DNA of 64,000 nucleotides from Octopus vulgaris (Eukaryota). Position numbers and translations under genes: made by a program. The notes under the pieces were generated by a model that did no database searches, was not told where the DNA came from, and saw only the letters and a program-made list of their open reading frames with translations. This document shows, one piece after another, positions 1 to 14,497 of this stretch. The stretch spans positions 36,146,001 through 36,210,000 of the forward strand of contig OX597817.1 in NCBI GenBank assembly GCA_951406725.2, read 5' to 3'. Position 1 is the first letter of the stretch. Every line of letters begins with the position of its first letter.

Positions 1-44
1 AGGTGGTTTAATATCATTAGCCGATTACGCGATAGACTGTGAAA

Positions 45-232
45 CTGAAAATCGTATTATAGGAATAGATTGCTCGTATGTATGTATGTATGTATGTATG
101 TATGTATGTATGTATGTATGTATGTATGTATGTATGTATGTATGTATGTATGTATGTATGTATGTATGTATATATATATGTATATATATATATATATATA
201 CGAGCAATCTATTCCTATAATACGATTTTCAG
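45..232. repeat. Perfect 34-bp inverted repeat enclosing a (TATG)n/(TA)n microsatellite
   Basis: ctgaaaatcgtattataggaatagattgctcgta (45-78) is the exact reverse complement of 199-232. Confidence 0.9.
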
Positions 233-664
233 CACCCCCCACACCCACCCACACACACACACGCACACACATATATATATATATATATGTATATATATAC
301 ATATATATATATGTGTGTATCTATATATATATAAGTATATATATGTAATATATATGTGTATATACATGTATATGTATGTGTATATGCATATATATGTGTG
401 TGTATACACACATGTATATATATATACATATGTATGTATATATACTATATGTATACACTATATGTATATACTATATATTCAAATATATATATATATACTA
501 TATATATACATGTATATACAGACATATATATATACATGTGTGTATATACCTATATATATACATATTTATATACATATACACATACCTATACATGTATACA
601 CACACGCACAGACATACACAGACACACACACATATATAACACACACACACATATTTATAGTTAA

Positions 665-1130
665 CAAATAGTTAACATCAAGAGGCGTGCCTCAAAGTTA
701 TCCATCGGTAAAAACATTTCGAAAATGTCGCCCTATATTGTAATGTTGTATTAGAGAGGTCCAACTTTATAGCATGCACAGCACTGAATTAAATTCAAAT
801 AGACCAAGAAGACGCAAACAGTGTAAAATCTTATGGCTCAACCTAACATAGTTAGGAAATTAAAACTAATAGATAACTACTTTCCACATTCACACAAATA
901 CCACAAGATCTTCAACAAAAATACTGTTATAGTAAGCTATAGTTGCCTCCCCAATATAAGGTCAATGATATTCAAACACCCACGAAAGACAATGCAATTG
1001 TAGATCCCCAAACCACTGTCCTCTAAACAACAATTGTCTCGAGGAAGAACTCGTATACGAGACCAAGATCACGAACTTTGTGGAACACTGTTGCCGAAGA
1101 AAAGATAAAATTGTACATCAGCAATCACTA
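665..1130 (+). pseudogene. Decayed Penelope-like element: RT C-terminus, linker and start of the GIY-YIG endonuclease
   Basis: Manual translation across frameshifts gives NIKRRASKLS..FENVALYCN..LERSNF, RRRKQCKILWLN, HKYHKIFNKNTVIVSYSCLPNI, CNCRSPNHCPLNNNCL..LVYE and KLYIS. These match the PLE motifs IIWFNPP, HKIFNRNTVK.SYSC.PN and CNCR....CPL...CL. Confidence 0.8.
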
Positions 1131-1841
1131 TGAACACTAGTGAAAGGAAACCAGGCAGACTTTGTCGAGCATACGTGTAGGCAGTTTCTTGAGAACACAA
1201 ACCCTTTTAAAAAGCTTCGTTTCTGGGATAACAGTGAATAAAGAAAGCATGGAGAAGATTCGTGAATGGGAGTTGAGTGTGTTCGATATGACATGACAAC
1301 GTACTTAATATAGACAACCAATGATATTTAATTAATCATAATTGTATCTGAACTGAAGAGAAAAAAGAATTATTATTTTTGATAATTCTGTATTTTCTTA
1401 AAATTCTAAAAGTACATCAGGAGCTGTAGAATATATACTTTTCTGATAGAAATTAAAGTATTATCGCCGCATAGGAATACTCAAGAGCACTTATGTGTGT
1501 GTATATGTGTGTGTGTGAAAGTTACAATTAGGAAGTTTAGGAATTTTGAGGAAAAGGAATGCAGTTTTAATATCTGAAAAGCAAAATCTAATAAAGGTCT
1601 TAATACATTTTAATATAAAGGATAATATCTATATTTCACTTATAAGCCTCTAATGTCATAACGTTCTAAATCATACGATTTTGTTTATAGGCTCTTAAAA
1701 AGAACCGGTAGATTGAACATCAATCACAAAAACACAGACAGAACCCCAGATACAAAAAGAAAAAAAAGACATTCTGAAAGAGTCAAGAATTTTCCAAACA
1801 ATATGGTTAGGTCTATTATGAATAACAGAGTTCTAGTTAAT

Positions 1842-2034
1842 ATTGGTTTCAAATTTTTGCTCTAAGCCAGCAATTTCGGAGAAGCGAGTAAGTCGTTTGA
1901 ATCAATCCCAGTGCTCAACTGGTATTTATTGACCCCGAAAGTATGAAAAGCAAAGTCCACCTCGGCGGAATTTGAACTCAGAACCTAAAGACGGACAAAA
2001 TGCCGCTAAACCGTGATGATCCTGCCACCACGCC
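1842..2034 (-). mobile_element. Older tRNA-derived SINE (family B) with 14-bp TSD
   Basis: Homologous to the family-B core; flanked by gagttctagttaat at 1828-1841 and 2035-2048. Confidence 0.8.
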
Positions 2035-2169
2035 GAGTTCTAGTTAATGTCATAATAAGAAATAACCTTAATTCATTTGACTAATTAAAATACTAATTTA
2101 AATAATTATCAAAGCTTAGAAAACTCTTTATGAGCAATACATTGATAAAAATATTAAAATACTTATATG

Positions 2170-2483
2170 TTTCTTTATTACCCACAAGGGGCTAAACATA
2201 GAGGGGACAAACAAAGACAAACAAAGGGATTAAGTCGATTACATCGACCCCACTGCGTAACTGGTACTTAATTTATCGACCCCGAAAGGATGAAAGGCAA
2301 AGTCGACCTCGGCGGAATTTGAACTCAGAATGTAACGGCAGACGAAATACAGCTACGCATTTCGCCCGGCGTGCTAACGGTTCTGCCAGCTCGCCGCCCT
2401 TTAAAGACAGACGAAATACCTATTTCTTTACTACCCACAAGGGGCTAAACACAGAGGGGACAAACAAGGACAGACAAACGGAT
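2170..2483 (-). mobile_element. tRNA-derived SINE family B with an extra partial tail
   Basis: Minus strand reads gcgagctggcagaaccgttagcacgccgggcg..gagttcaaattccgccgaggtcgactttgcctttcatcctttcggggtcgataaattaagtaccag; near-identical to copies at 21.8, 36.8 and 60 kb. Confidence 0.9.
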
Positions 2484-3026
2484 TAAGTCGTTTGAATCAA
2501 TCCCAGTGCTTAACTGGTATTTATCTTATTGACCCCGAAAGTATGAAAATCAAAGTCCACCTCGGCGGAATTTGAACTCAGAACCTAAAGACGGACGAAA
2601 TGCCGCTAAACCGTGATGATCCTGCCACCTCGCTGAGTTCTTGTTAATGTCATAATAAGAAATAATCTTAATTCATGTGACTAATTAAAATACTAATTTA
2701 AATAATTATCAAAGCTTAGGAAAACTATTTATAAGCAATATATTGATAAAAATAATAAAGTACTTATATATCTAAATAAAAACTAATTTCTAGACTATCG
2801 ATTTTTCAATACTTAAGTATGTAAAGCGAAGTAATTTACATCAATTCATGTTGCAAGCGAGATAAAATGTTAAAGAAACTATTGAAAGGAATTAAAATTG
2901 TAAAATGTAAAGTGTAAGTATGGGTCACTGCATTTATTTATTAGACTAAAGTGAAAAATATAAATGATTCTACAAATCAATCCGAAAAATGGATTGGAAA
3001 ATAGCATTCGAAAAGAAATGCTCTAA

Positions 3027-3388
3027 GCGTAGGTGTGGCTGTGTGGTATGAAGTTTGCTTCCCAAACCAAATGGTTCTGGGTTCAGTCCTACTGCTTGGT
3101 ACCTTGGATAAGAATCTTCCACTATAACCCCGTGTCAACCAGTCTTGCGTGTCTATTTAGTAAATGGAAGCTGAAAGAAGTCCTATTTATCTGTCTATGT
3201 GTGTATGTGTATGTGTGTGTGTGTGTATTTGCTGTTGTTTGCCACTTGACAACCGGTGATAATTTACACCAACGTAACTTAGCGGATCGATACAAAGGGG
3301 TCGGTAGCATAAGCACTAGACTTAGAAAGTAGGTACTTAAGTAGATTTGTTTGACTGGCCACAGTCCAATAACTGAACCAAGTAAAAG
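3027..3388 (+). mobile_element. Degenerate SINE family A
   Basis: Head gtggctgtgtggta..gggttcagtcc, internal TG microsatellite, tail actgaaccaagtaaaag; aligns with 52919-53309. Confidence 0.75.
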
Positions 3389-3729
3389 TTTAGGATATAA
3401 TAATGTGAAGTTTTTAAAGATACAAAGATTACAAAAGGTAGTCATACATATAAAAAACAAGAAGAAACAAATACGTGGTCGTTTATGACTAAAGCTACTA
3501 CTGACGGATACTGCAGGATACTGTACTCTCGTTCTTAGAAGTGTAAAACCTACTTACGGTCAATTTTTTCAGTTTCCTGTATTAACGAAATTGAGAATTA
3601 CACTATTACACATACCTGGCATGTACCGGAAAAAAATTATATTGAAAAATTTGTCAGTGTTTCTTTCCCGTTGATAAATATTTGTGGATTTTAGAATTAA
3701 AACCTATGTCAGTACACTTGATTAGAGGT

Positions 3730-5056
<1,327 letters not shown>

Positions 5057-5061
5057 TATAA

Positions 5062-5093
<32 letters not shown>

Positions 5094-5704
5094 GGAGGGA
5101 GAGAGTTGCTAGGAAAATAAATGAAAGTAAAAATGTGGAGGAGATAGACGAAGATTAGATGTTGGCTGAAAAATTCTTTTGTCGAAACTAAGTGCTGTAC
5201 GTGTGTTGTATTATACACATTTGCGCATAACCGAATGCAACTTGAATGATGAAATTTCTCAAGTTGCAAATGGAATGATACGACAAGGGTTATAAACGAA
5301 GTGAGCGAGAAAACGGAAAACCGAAGGAAGGAAGGAGTTAAAAATATAACAAAACATCAATATATTATCTAAGAATGTACGCTAAATAGATCAATTTGAA
5401 TGAAAACAATTGAATAGAAGCGGTAGAGAGAGAGAGAGAAAGACAGAGTGAGAGAAAGAGAGAAAGAGAGAAAGAGAGTGAGTGGGTGGAAAAAAAGAAA
5501 GAAAGACAGAAAGAAAGAAGAAGCAAGAAATGGAAAATGACTAGTGTGTTCCAGGCAAGGCAAAATATTTCAAATAAAAAATTTATGTTCTAATATATAA
5601 AAAATCTATCTTTTTCATAGACAGCTGGTAAAATTGTTTTACTACAACCTCGTAATCTGTGAAGTTTGCAAATCTGTCTCTCAGTCTCTCTCTCTATCTG
5701 TATT

Positions 5705-6027
5705 TCAGTCTAAATGTATATATCTTATATGAACGTATGTGTGTGTATATATATATATATATATACATGTATATATATATAACGGTCGATATACATATAC
5801 ATAATATTTAGATATATGCATACATGTATACACATACATATATATATATATACATACATATACATGTATATATATATATGTATATACATATACATACATA
5901 TATATACATATTTATGCACATTTATATATATATATCTATAAATACATACATATATACACACACATATATATATATATACATATATACATATATATATATG
6001 CACATATATATGCATATATATATATAC

Positions 6028-6059
<32 letters not shown>

Positions 6060-6233
6060 GCATACATATATGTATATCCATATGCATATACAGACATATA
6101 TATGTATACATATATACATATTTGTATATATACATATATAAACACACACATATATATACATATGTATATATATAAATATATATATGTATACATATTTATA
6201 TATATGCATACATATATACATATCTATATTAAC

Positions 6234-6272
<39 letters not shown>

Positions 6273-6492
6273 GGTATATATACATATATATTTATACATA
6301 CATGTATATATATGTATATTTGTTAGAGTCAACGGTTCCAGCAGATATTTTTAAGCCAGGTATTCACACACACACGCACACACATGTATGTATGTATGTA
6401 TGTATGTATGTATGTATGTATGTATGTATGTATGTATGTATGTATGTATGTATGTATGTATGTATTTATGTATGTTTGTTTGTATGTATGTA
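5705..6492. repeat. Compound TA/CA/TATG microsatellite block
   Basis: Directly visible low-complexity repeats. Confidence 0.95.
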
Positions 6493-8908
6493 TAATCTTC
6501 GGGAAATATAAATGGAAGTTTTGTAATGAAACGACGTTATAATATAAATATTTTAATGAAATCACGTCACAAGACAAATGTTGCATAATTACATTTTCTG
6601 AATACCAGCTCAAAATATAGAAGCTATGGAAAAAAAATCACTGAATTTCCATATATTTTTTGAAATAAGATTTAACACCTTCAGTAAATAATGTAAGCTG
6701 TTGCCAAACAATTTGGAAAGCAATTCTTATTACTGGAGCCTGATTTATCCATACATTAACAGATATTTAAACAGTAACTCTAGAGTTATGTCTTCAGTTT
6801 ACACGTTGAATATAATTCATATTTGCAGAAGCATAACTTCATTTGTATCTAATACGCTTAAAAAAGTGTATATGTCGTAAAATAGTTTCTCGTCTTCTTT
6901 ATAACAAAATTTGAACGAGGCTAGGAGTGTGCCAATGTAGTCGCTCGACCTACAAAATATAACGGACAAAGCTTTTTCAAATCACACTCTGTCCTTTAAA
7001 AAAAGCAAGTCTGAGAATCACAGACAATTTTCCTAATACCATTTCCACATTTTCCCCAAAATGTTTTTGAGTTTCAGCAGCAAAATTTCCAGAGTCCCGA
7101 ATTCTTTATTTGGTTCATTTTAGGAATAATTTGATATCTACAGGAAATACGACAATGCTATATGAATCTAACAATGTCTGAAAAGGCAGGATAGTCACAG
7201 CAAGAATGCTTTGTTCATAGATTTCATCAATCATGACTCACATGTTTCTAAACAAAACGCAAGTTGGTATAGTCGATAGAGCGTCGAAGAAAATGTCAGC
7301 CGATATTTGCTCCGACTCCATGCGCTTTGAATTAAAATCCTGCTGAAGTTAACATTGCTTTTCTTCGCTTCAGAGTCGACAAAAATGTACCAATTCAGGG
7401 GTGGTGGACTAGTGCAACTGTAAGGGCGTTGGAATGGATGCCACGCGATACTTGTTCTGGTTCTCGGGGTTCTGGGTTCAAATCCCACCATGTCCCACTT
7501 GAATAGTAGAATTACTCTGTTGAAATACCTGGCTCTTGGGTGCTTTTATTGGAGTACACTCTGCTGCGAGCAGTCGGAGGTCCTGTAAATGATCATGGGA
7601 GTTGCTTTTCCTCCTGATTATAACGACGACGCCACCAATATCATCATCATCATCATCAACAGTAACTCCAGCAACCACTGTAACAACGAAAAATACCGAA
7701 TGCAATGTATTAAAAAAATCCCTATTTTTTTCAAAGGAATTCAAACCAAAATCAATGTAGTTAATGATAAAGAAATCTTGTTGCATATTTACCACACATC
7801 GATGAACTTCAATGATTGGATAAAGTTGAAAAGGAATTTGTTCGCCATTAACAATATTGATTTTTGTGTAATTTAAATGCATTTAAACAACTCGGTCTTT
7901 CAGTGAATTTTAGAAATGTTTTAGAAATGCTTAGAATATTTTCTGATTATCTAAATATCATTATAGATAATGAGAAGGTGATGGAGTAAGAGAAATTCTA
8001 GAGTTCTGGAATTAATGTGAGTTTAAATTTCACTGAAGTTGATTTGATTTTTGCCGTTCGTCACACTGGTAGAATTAACAAATGCCAGGTGTGTAATAAG
8101 ATCGATCCAACCAGTTACAACCAATTTTACAATAACTCATCATTATAGTAACTAATTGTTATAGATCTGAATAAATTTTGGTGTTTTTGACTGATTGAGA
8201 TTTCGTTGACGTTGAAAAAGTCTTTGTAGGTTTCTGTGCTTATTGTCTACAGTACATGGTTTGTGGAGTCACATGCATTCACAAACGATATCCACTTGGC
8301 TATATTTAAGTTCTTAACTGCATGTCGAAGTGTACAGTGTGATCCTCAGTTAAATGAAATATAGTGTAATTAGAGTACCCCACCAAATCTGTGTGCCAAA
8401 ATCGTTCAAGTAAATGTCTGCAACCGAAATGATTTCTCGGTCAGAACTGACTTGGACTACAAAAACATATTGTCTATAATAAACATCAAAAGATACAAAT
8501 GCATAAAATTTGTTGATTTCTAAAAGACTACAGGAGCGTTAAACGAGACAATAAAGAAGGCGTAAAATTCTATATATTCATGTGTTTTTTCTGGATTTAT
8601 TTGTGTATCTAACACTTTATATATATAATTTGCATGAACGATATTCATGTGCATAAATGACCTGTCTGCAATTACTTTTAAATTGATACTCGTTTCAACA
8701 TAAAACTTACCCAGAAGCAATTTATACATCTAGCTCCAAATATATGCAAATTCTCTAAGAATTTGCTCTCCTTTGGGAACATAACAACCAAGTTTCAGTT
8801 AACAACACCAAAACATTGACTATAGATAACAAAATACACTTCAACAAAATACACTTATCTTTTTCTTGGTCGTGAAAATCAAACACAAATAAGAAAGAAG
8901 AAAGCAAA

Positions 8909-8953
8909 GGACCACTGATGCGGTCACAGGAGTGTGACGAAAGAACTCTGGCC
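8909..8953 (+). ncRNA. Minimal type-I hammerhead-like motif with a variant core
   Basis: gacca-CTGATG-cg-GTCAC-aggagt-GTGAC-GAAA-gaac-TC-tggcc; stems I, II and III are present but A9 deviates. Confidence 0.45.
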
Positions 8954-11654
8954 GAAATAAGATTAAGATTAATGTAAAAAATAAATAACAATGAAGCAAA
9001 ATAACACCAAATATATAGTGCGTGTGTTTTTATTGGCTAAACTGGCAAAATGACCATTCCGAAATATAACAAACCAAAATAATTTTCTATAAAGCTGAAC
9101 CTTATCATCTCAATGATATTTCAAAGAGACTACAGTTCACTTATACTGCGAAAGCTGCATGCCAAAAGCCAAATACTCTTGAGGTCCAAGAAAGAATTAA
9201 GTTATGAACACTTATCCTCAACACATCTCATCTACCTATTTAATGCATTTTTACTATGGCTCGTAAATATGGGTCTGTAGCGCTGCTGCATCGAAAAACG
9301 CTGTAGAATGTGTTGAAAAAAGGGCAACCGGATGATAAGCAAATTACCAACACGTTAGGACTATTTGTCCTGTATCAGAGCCGTGCCTCTTTTATCATTT
9401 CAATAAAGTATATACCACAACAGATGACACTAATTTTATAAATCTGTCTTTCTTTTTGTCGTGCTATTGATTTTGCAACAACATTGCCTATTTCTTCCTT
9501 CTTATACTTAAAATCTTCAGAAATTACCTACAGTTTCCCTGTAGACAACAGCCTGACCTGTAGAGGTGAATGTCAATCACTACTTCTATCTCCTTCACCA
9601 GGTGTAGAGTCTAAAAAAAGCTATGGACACAATCTGCATCAACAATAATTAAATGATAAATACACTTATGCTAAAAGGTAACATTTGAAATAGTTGTTTC
9701 AAAACTTCACCTATCTTTACATACATCTGTTCACGCAGACCCGACCTGGAGCTACACAATAGCAACAACCAACAATTTGAACGATATTATATCTAAGAAA
9801 TTTAACGTTTGATAGAATAAATGCCTCAAACCTTCAATTATCTTTGAGTAAATGTATAAAATATGGTATAATATCATATATTTAGACTCTACTCCATATA
9901 GTTACTATTTCTTGCTTTTCATTATAATGCTTCTTCAGTTTCATAACCTCATGTGTTGGGGACTTGAAAAGAACATGAACTCTATTGTTTGAGTTTTCTG
10001 CTAAATCCAATTCTGCTACCAACCATAACTTGTAATACTCAGCAAAAATTAAAAGACTGACAAAAATCATTAGGGCATCAGGTAAGATTCATTGCGCTAT
10101 TTAGTTATGTTTACGTTCTGAGTTAAAATCTTGCCATTGTTACCTTTGTCTTTCAGCATTCCAGGACCGATAAAATAGGGTGGAAATTAAATACAGGTCC
10201 ACCATAAAGAATATTGCTGAACGCACCCTGTTCCATTTCAATTTATTTCTCTCCAAAACAGAACGTTAAGACATCGACACGCAGAAAATACTTATTATAT
10301 AAATACTAGAAATATATGTGTGAGTACGTGTGTGGTTGAGTGGTTAAGAAGGTCTCTTCGCAATCACGAGATGTCCGGGATCGATTCCGCGGATTAGCAT
10401 CTTGGAAGTGTATCGGTCCACTTCAACCCGCCACTTAAATACTTTGTCGGAAACTAACTCCATCGAATGGAATTTAGCTGTAATTCAAAGACCTCGCTTT
10501 GTCAGTGACCTTATAAGGTTGATTTTGCCCAATAATCACTTTGAGAACTTCCGGGTTTGTGGATTACTCAGTCCTATAGATGTTTTTTTTCAATAAGATT
10601 CGCTCAGTTATTCCACCGAGGTTGACTTTGCCTTTCATACTTTCGGTTTCGATAAAATAAGCACCAGCTGAATGAACACTGAGGCCAATGTAATCCCATT
10701 GTATCCAATGTATCCCATTCCTCAAATTGCTGGCATTGTTCCAAAATTTGAAGCCAAAAGTTCAGTTGATTGAACAACTGGTGTACTCACCATCGAAACC
10801 GACGGATATCCATTTACTTTACTTTCTGTATGTGTGTATTTATGTGGTTATATATAACGCTAGACTAAATAATGTTCGTTTTAATCTGTAAGTATATCAA
10901 CAGCTGCATATAAGCGTGTTTAAATTTTATAGATTTCAAACCGTGTTTAAGAAACCGTCAGGGAATTATTTGAATTGTCCATCGGGAAATATAGAAAAGA
11001 ATGAATAAAATAATCAGGATTACAGTCTGTAAAAATATCCAAGATATGTAGAAGCAATATAAAAATTATGAATGTTTATGATGAGGAAAACTTTTACAAT
11101 AAAACGAAGTTATAACATAAATATTTTATTGAAATGACGTCACAAACAATATTTTACAGTTGCAATTTCAAAACTTTGGAACTAAGCAATAAAAAAGAAA
11201 AAAAAAAGATAGAAACTTTTATCGAAACATCCATTTGTCATCTGCAATAATAGCTTTTCCCTAGTAAAAACTTAAACCATTTATGTAAATTATCTCTGAA
11301 ACTATTCGCAGAGCAATTTTATACACAAATACATTGTGTGACGTTATTTTTGCAGTATACAAAATCTGCAAGCTCGTTTCACTTTTGAATCGGTAAACTT
11401 CCAGTTTATTAATGTCACTAATATTTTAGGCGCTCAAGCAAAGTATCATCTTGTATTTTCTCTCTTAAACTAATCTGACATATCTATATAAGAAAACAAT
11501 GTTATATGAGCTTCATTGATAGGTTAAGTTTCTTGAGAAAGTTCGTTAATTATTAAATACTTCGATTTTCTTACAAGAAATGATAAAGAACATGCAGTTA
11601 TTTGTTCGTTTTGTTGTCGTTGTTGTAGTTGCGTAACACCTGATGAATGATGTA

Positions 11655-11961
11655 CAGTAATCCCGCGACTATCGCGGGTGTTGCGTTCCAAAAATCTCGC
11701 GGTAAGTGAAAATCCGTGAAGTAGAAACAGTACTGTACTCGCTTTACTCTTTTACTCTTTTACTTGTTTCAGTCATTTTGACTGTGGCCATGCTGGAGCA
11801 CCGGCTTTTGTCGAGGAAATCGACCCCAGGACTTATTCTTTGTAAGCCTAGTGCTTATTCTATTGGTCTCTTTTGCCGAACCGCAAAGTTACGGGATGTA
11901 AACACACCACCATGGGTTGTCAAGCGATGTTGAAGGGGCAAACACAGACATACAACCACCC

Positions 11962-12020
<59 letters not shown>

Positions 12021-12321
12021 TAAATATATACGACGGGTTTCCATCTACCAAATCCAGTCACAAGGCTTTGGTCAGCCCGAGGCTATAGTAGAAGACACTT
12101 GCCCAAGCTTCCACGCAGTGGGAGTGAACCCGGAACCATGTAGTTGGTAAGCATGCTACTTACCACACAGCCACTCCTACGCCTATATATTTATTATTAT
12201 TATTTTTATAATTTGTTTATATTTATTTTATTATAAATGCAAAACAACACTACGGAGGAATTGCCGTAAGCTTATATAATAAACCGCTATAGGTGAACCG
12301 CGATATGGCGAAGCATTACTA
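11655..12321. mobile_element. Tigger/pogo-like MITE interrupted by a SINE
   Basis: ta|cagtaatcccgcgactatcgcgg ... ccgcgatatggcgaagcattacta|ta; imperfect TIRs with TA flanks. Confidence 0.6.
11736..12183 (-). mobile_element. SINE family A, full length, with internal (TA)n
   Basis: Reverse complement of the family-A sequence seen at 52919-53309. Confidence 0.9.
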
Positions 12322-12829
12322 TATTTATCTTTGGATAGATTGTTGCTCATCACTCTTCACATGTAGCCTGTAATTTGAACTCATAGTAGAAAGCAGTGGC
12401 AAGGTCGAAAAACGAATGGCGGCTCTAATTCGAGTCTAATTCCGGGAGAAGCTTCTTTTGTTTTCTTTCAATTCAAGGGGTTAGTATTCATTAATATAGA
12501 ATTCTAGCGAAGCACTCGTTAATTATACAGTTCTTCCTATTTAGTGTTATAAAGACTTAGCTTGTGAGAGTCGTGCCTTGGCTATGGAAAATGCTTCATA
12601 TTGTTACGAACTGTTGATAAAGTCATGAATGCCAAGCAGGAGCTAAAGCACAATTGAACTTATTTTTACTGTTGTGATTCTCTTCAGTTTTTTAATTGTC
12701 CAATTTGCATTTGCAGTTTAAAGACTGTCAAAAACATATTTTTTGAGTTCATTTTGTTCAATGACATTACTCTATGAAATTTAATTAAAGTTATTATTAG
12801 AAAATTGACTTTTTATTATTTCATACGTG

Positions 12830-13050
12830 AAGGTGGTGAGTTAGCAGAATCGTTAGCACTTCGGGCAAACTGTGCAACAGCATTTCTTCCGGCTTTGTGT
12901 TTTGAGTTGAAATATCACCAAGATCGACTTGCTTTTTATCTTTCCAGAAATCGATAAAATAAAAACCAGTCGAGTACTGGGGACAATGCAGCCTAATTCT
13001 CGTCCATTCTCCTGAAAATTGCCCTCCATGTTCCAAAGTTAGAAAGAATT
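12830..13050 (+). mobile_element. Degenerate SINE family B
   Basis: gagttagcagaatcgttagcac..gagttgaaat..gatcgacttgc..tcgataaaataaaaaccag. Confidence 0.7.
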
Positions 13051-14461
13051 ATTTCTTATGTAAAATTAGTTTTGGAGGGAATGTGAAAATTTCCTAGGGA
13101 TGTTGATCATAGAAAAAGGTGTGGAATCATTGATGTAAGAGCATTAGAGGGCCATAACCTTAATTTACCCTCCAGTTTAATACCAGGTGGTAGTTTTGAT
13201 CTGTTTCCCACTTTAACAAAACCACCAGACATTTTGTCTTCTCTATTGTAGACATTAGATAAAAGCATTCTGGTTTCTTCTTCTCCCAACCAACCTTCGA
13301 AAAGGTCATCAGCGTTGTTCTTCATTTTTAGATTAAAGTATAAAAAAATAACAATGGAAAGCCAGTTCCAGTCTAAAAAACTTTGTCTCCTTGGTTATCA
13401 GGAGACAGATGTCCTATCAAATCGATAAACAACGACTTTACTATTATTATTATTTTTTTCCTTTCACTCACTTTAAAACAAGACAGAAAAATCAACAAAA
13501 AAATCTGCTGCCATAACAGCTGTAGTGCCCACAAAAGCTGCAATAGAAAATAGTCATAACAATAAACATTAACAGCTTAGGAAAAAACCAGCCAAATACT
13601 TTCGTTTAAATATTTATTTCATTACAAATTCTCTGATGGAGTAGTAATTCTGTACTACGTTTTGGCACCTAGAATTTAATTTCAACACAAACAATTCTTA
13701 AGATGCTAATGGTTAAAAAAATAGTCTTTATTATATATATATATATGTATGTTTGTTTCTGTGTGGGGTGCATGAATGCTTATATCTATGTTTATTTGAA
13801 TGTTTGCATGTATGTTATGCAAATACACACACAAACACAAATACATACACACGTACACACTCACACACACATATATGTATGTATATACTTATACACATAC
13901 AGATACATACATGCGCACTCATGCATGTATTTATGCACATTGATATATACAAGCATGCACTCGTATACATGTATATGTATATGTTTGTATGTATGTACGT
14001 AAGTATTATTTTTGCTGTAGTTTCAGCTCATAGCTGCACCATGCTGATGCACCGCTTTTACGTGCGTGTGTCTGTCTGTCTGTCTGTCTGTCTGTATGTA
14101 TGTATGTATGCATGTATGTTTCTATGTATGTATCTATACATTTCCTTTTAGCGCAAAAGGGCAAAGAAGTAGATATGTAAGAACTCAGTACGACACGGAA
14201 ATTTTTATCGGGCTTATTGGGAGATGAAAATTTCTCAAATTGTTGCTCCGAGTTTCTCGTTTCCAATCTTCAGATGATAGTGAAGAAAAGAGCAAAATAG
14301 TCGACTCTTCTGCGGTGCAAGAAAAGAATATGGTAAAATAAAAACTGGAAATAAAAAGTATAAATTCAAACAACACAGCCCAGTAGTGTATAAGTGAATT
14401 ATTAGAAGCAGTTGAGTCAGTAAAATGTGCAATATGGTATCATCTATTTTTAATGTTTCTT

Positions 14462-14497
14462 TTACCATATTTTACTTTTTTACTCTTACAGGTAAGT
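14462..14497 (+). promoter_or_regulatory. Candidate recursive splice site (3' acceptor fused to 5' donor)
   Basis: ttttacttttttactcttacag|gtaagt in non-repetitive sequence; AG at 14490-14491, GTAAGT at 14492-14497. Confidence 0.45.

Noticed and set aside
25-671. Many ORFs rich in YI, HT, CV or YVCM here and throughout the window
   Set aside because: They are translations of TA, CA and TACA microsatellites, which lack stop codons
13107-13325. 72-aa minus-strand ORF with protein-like composition
   Set aside because: No recognisable motif or splice context; may be a retroelement relic but cannot be supported
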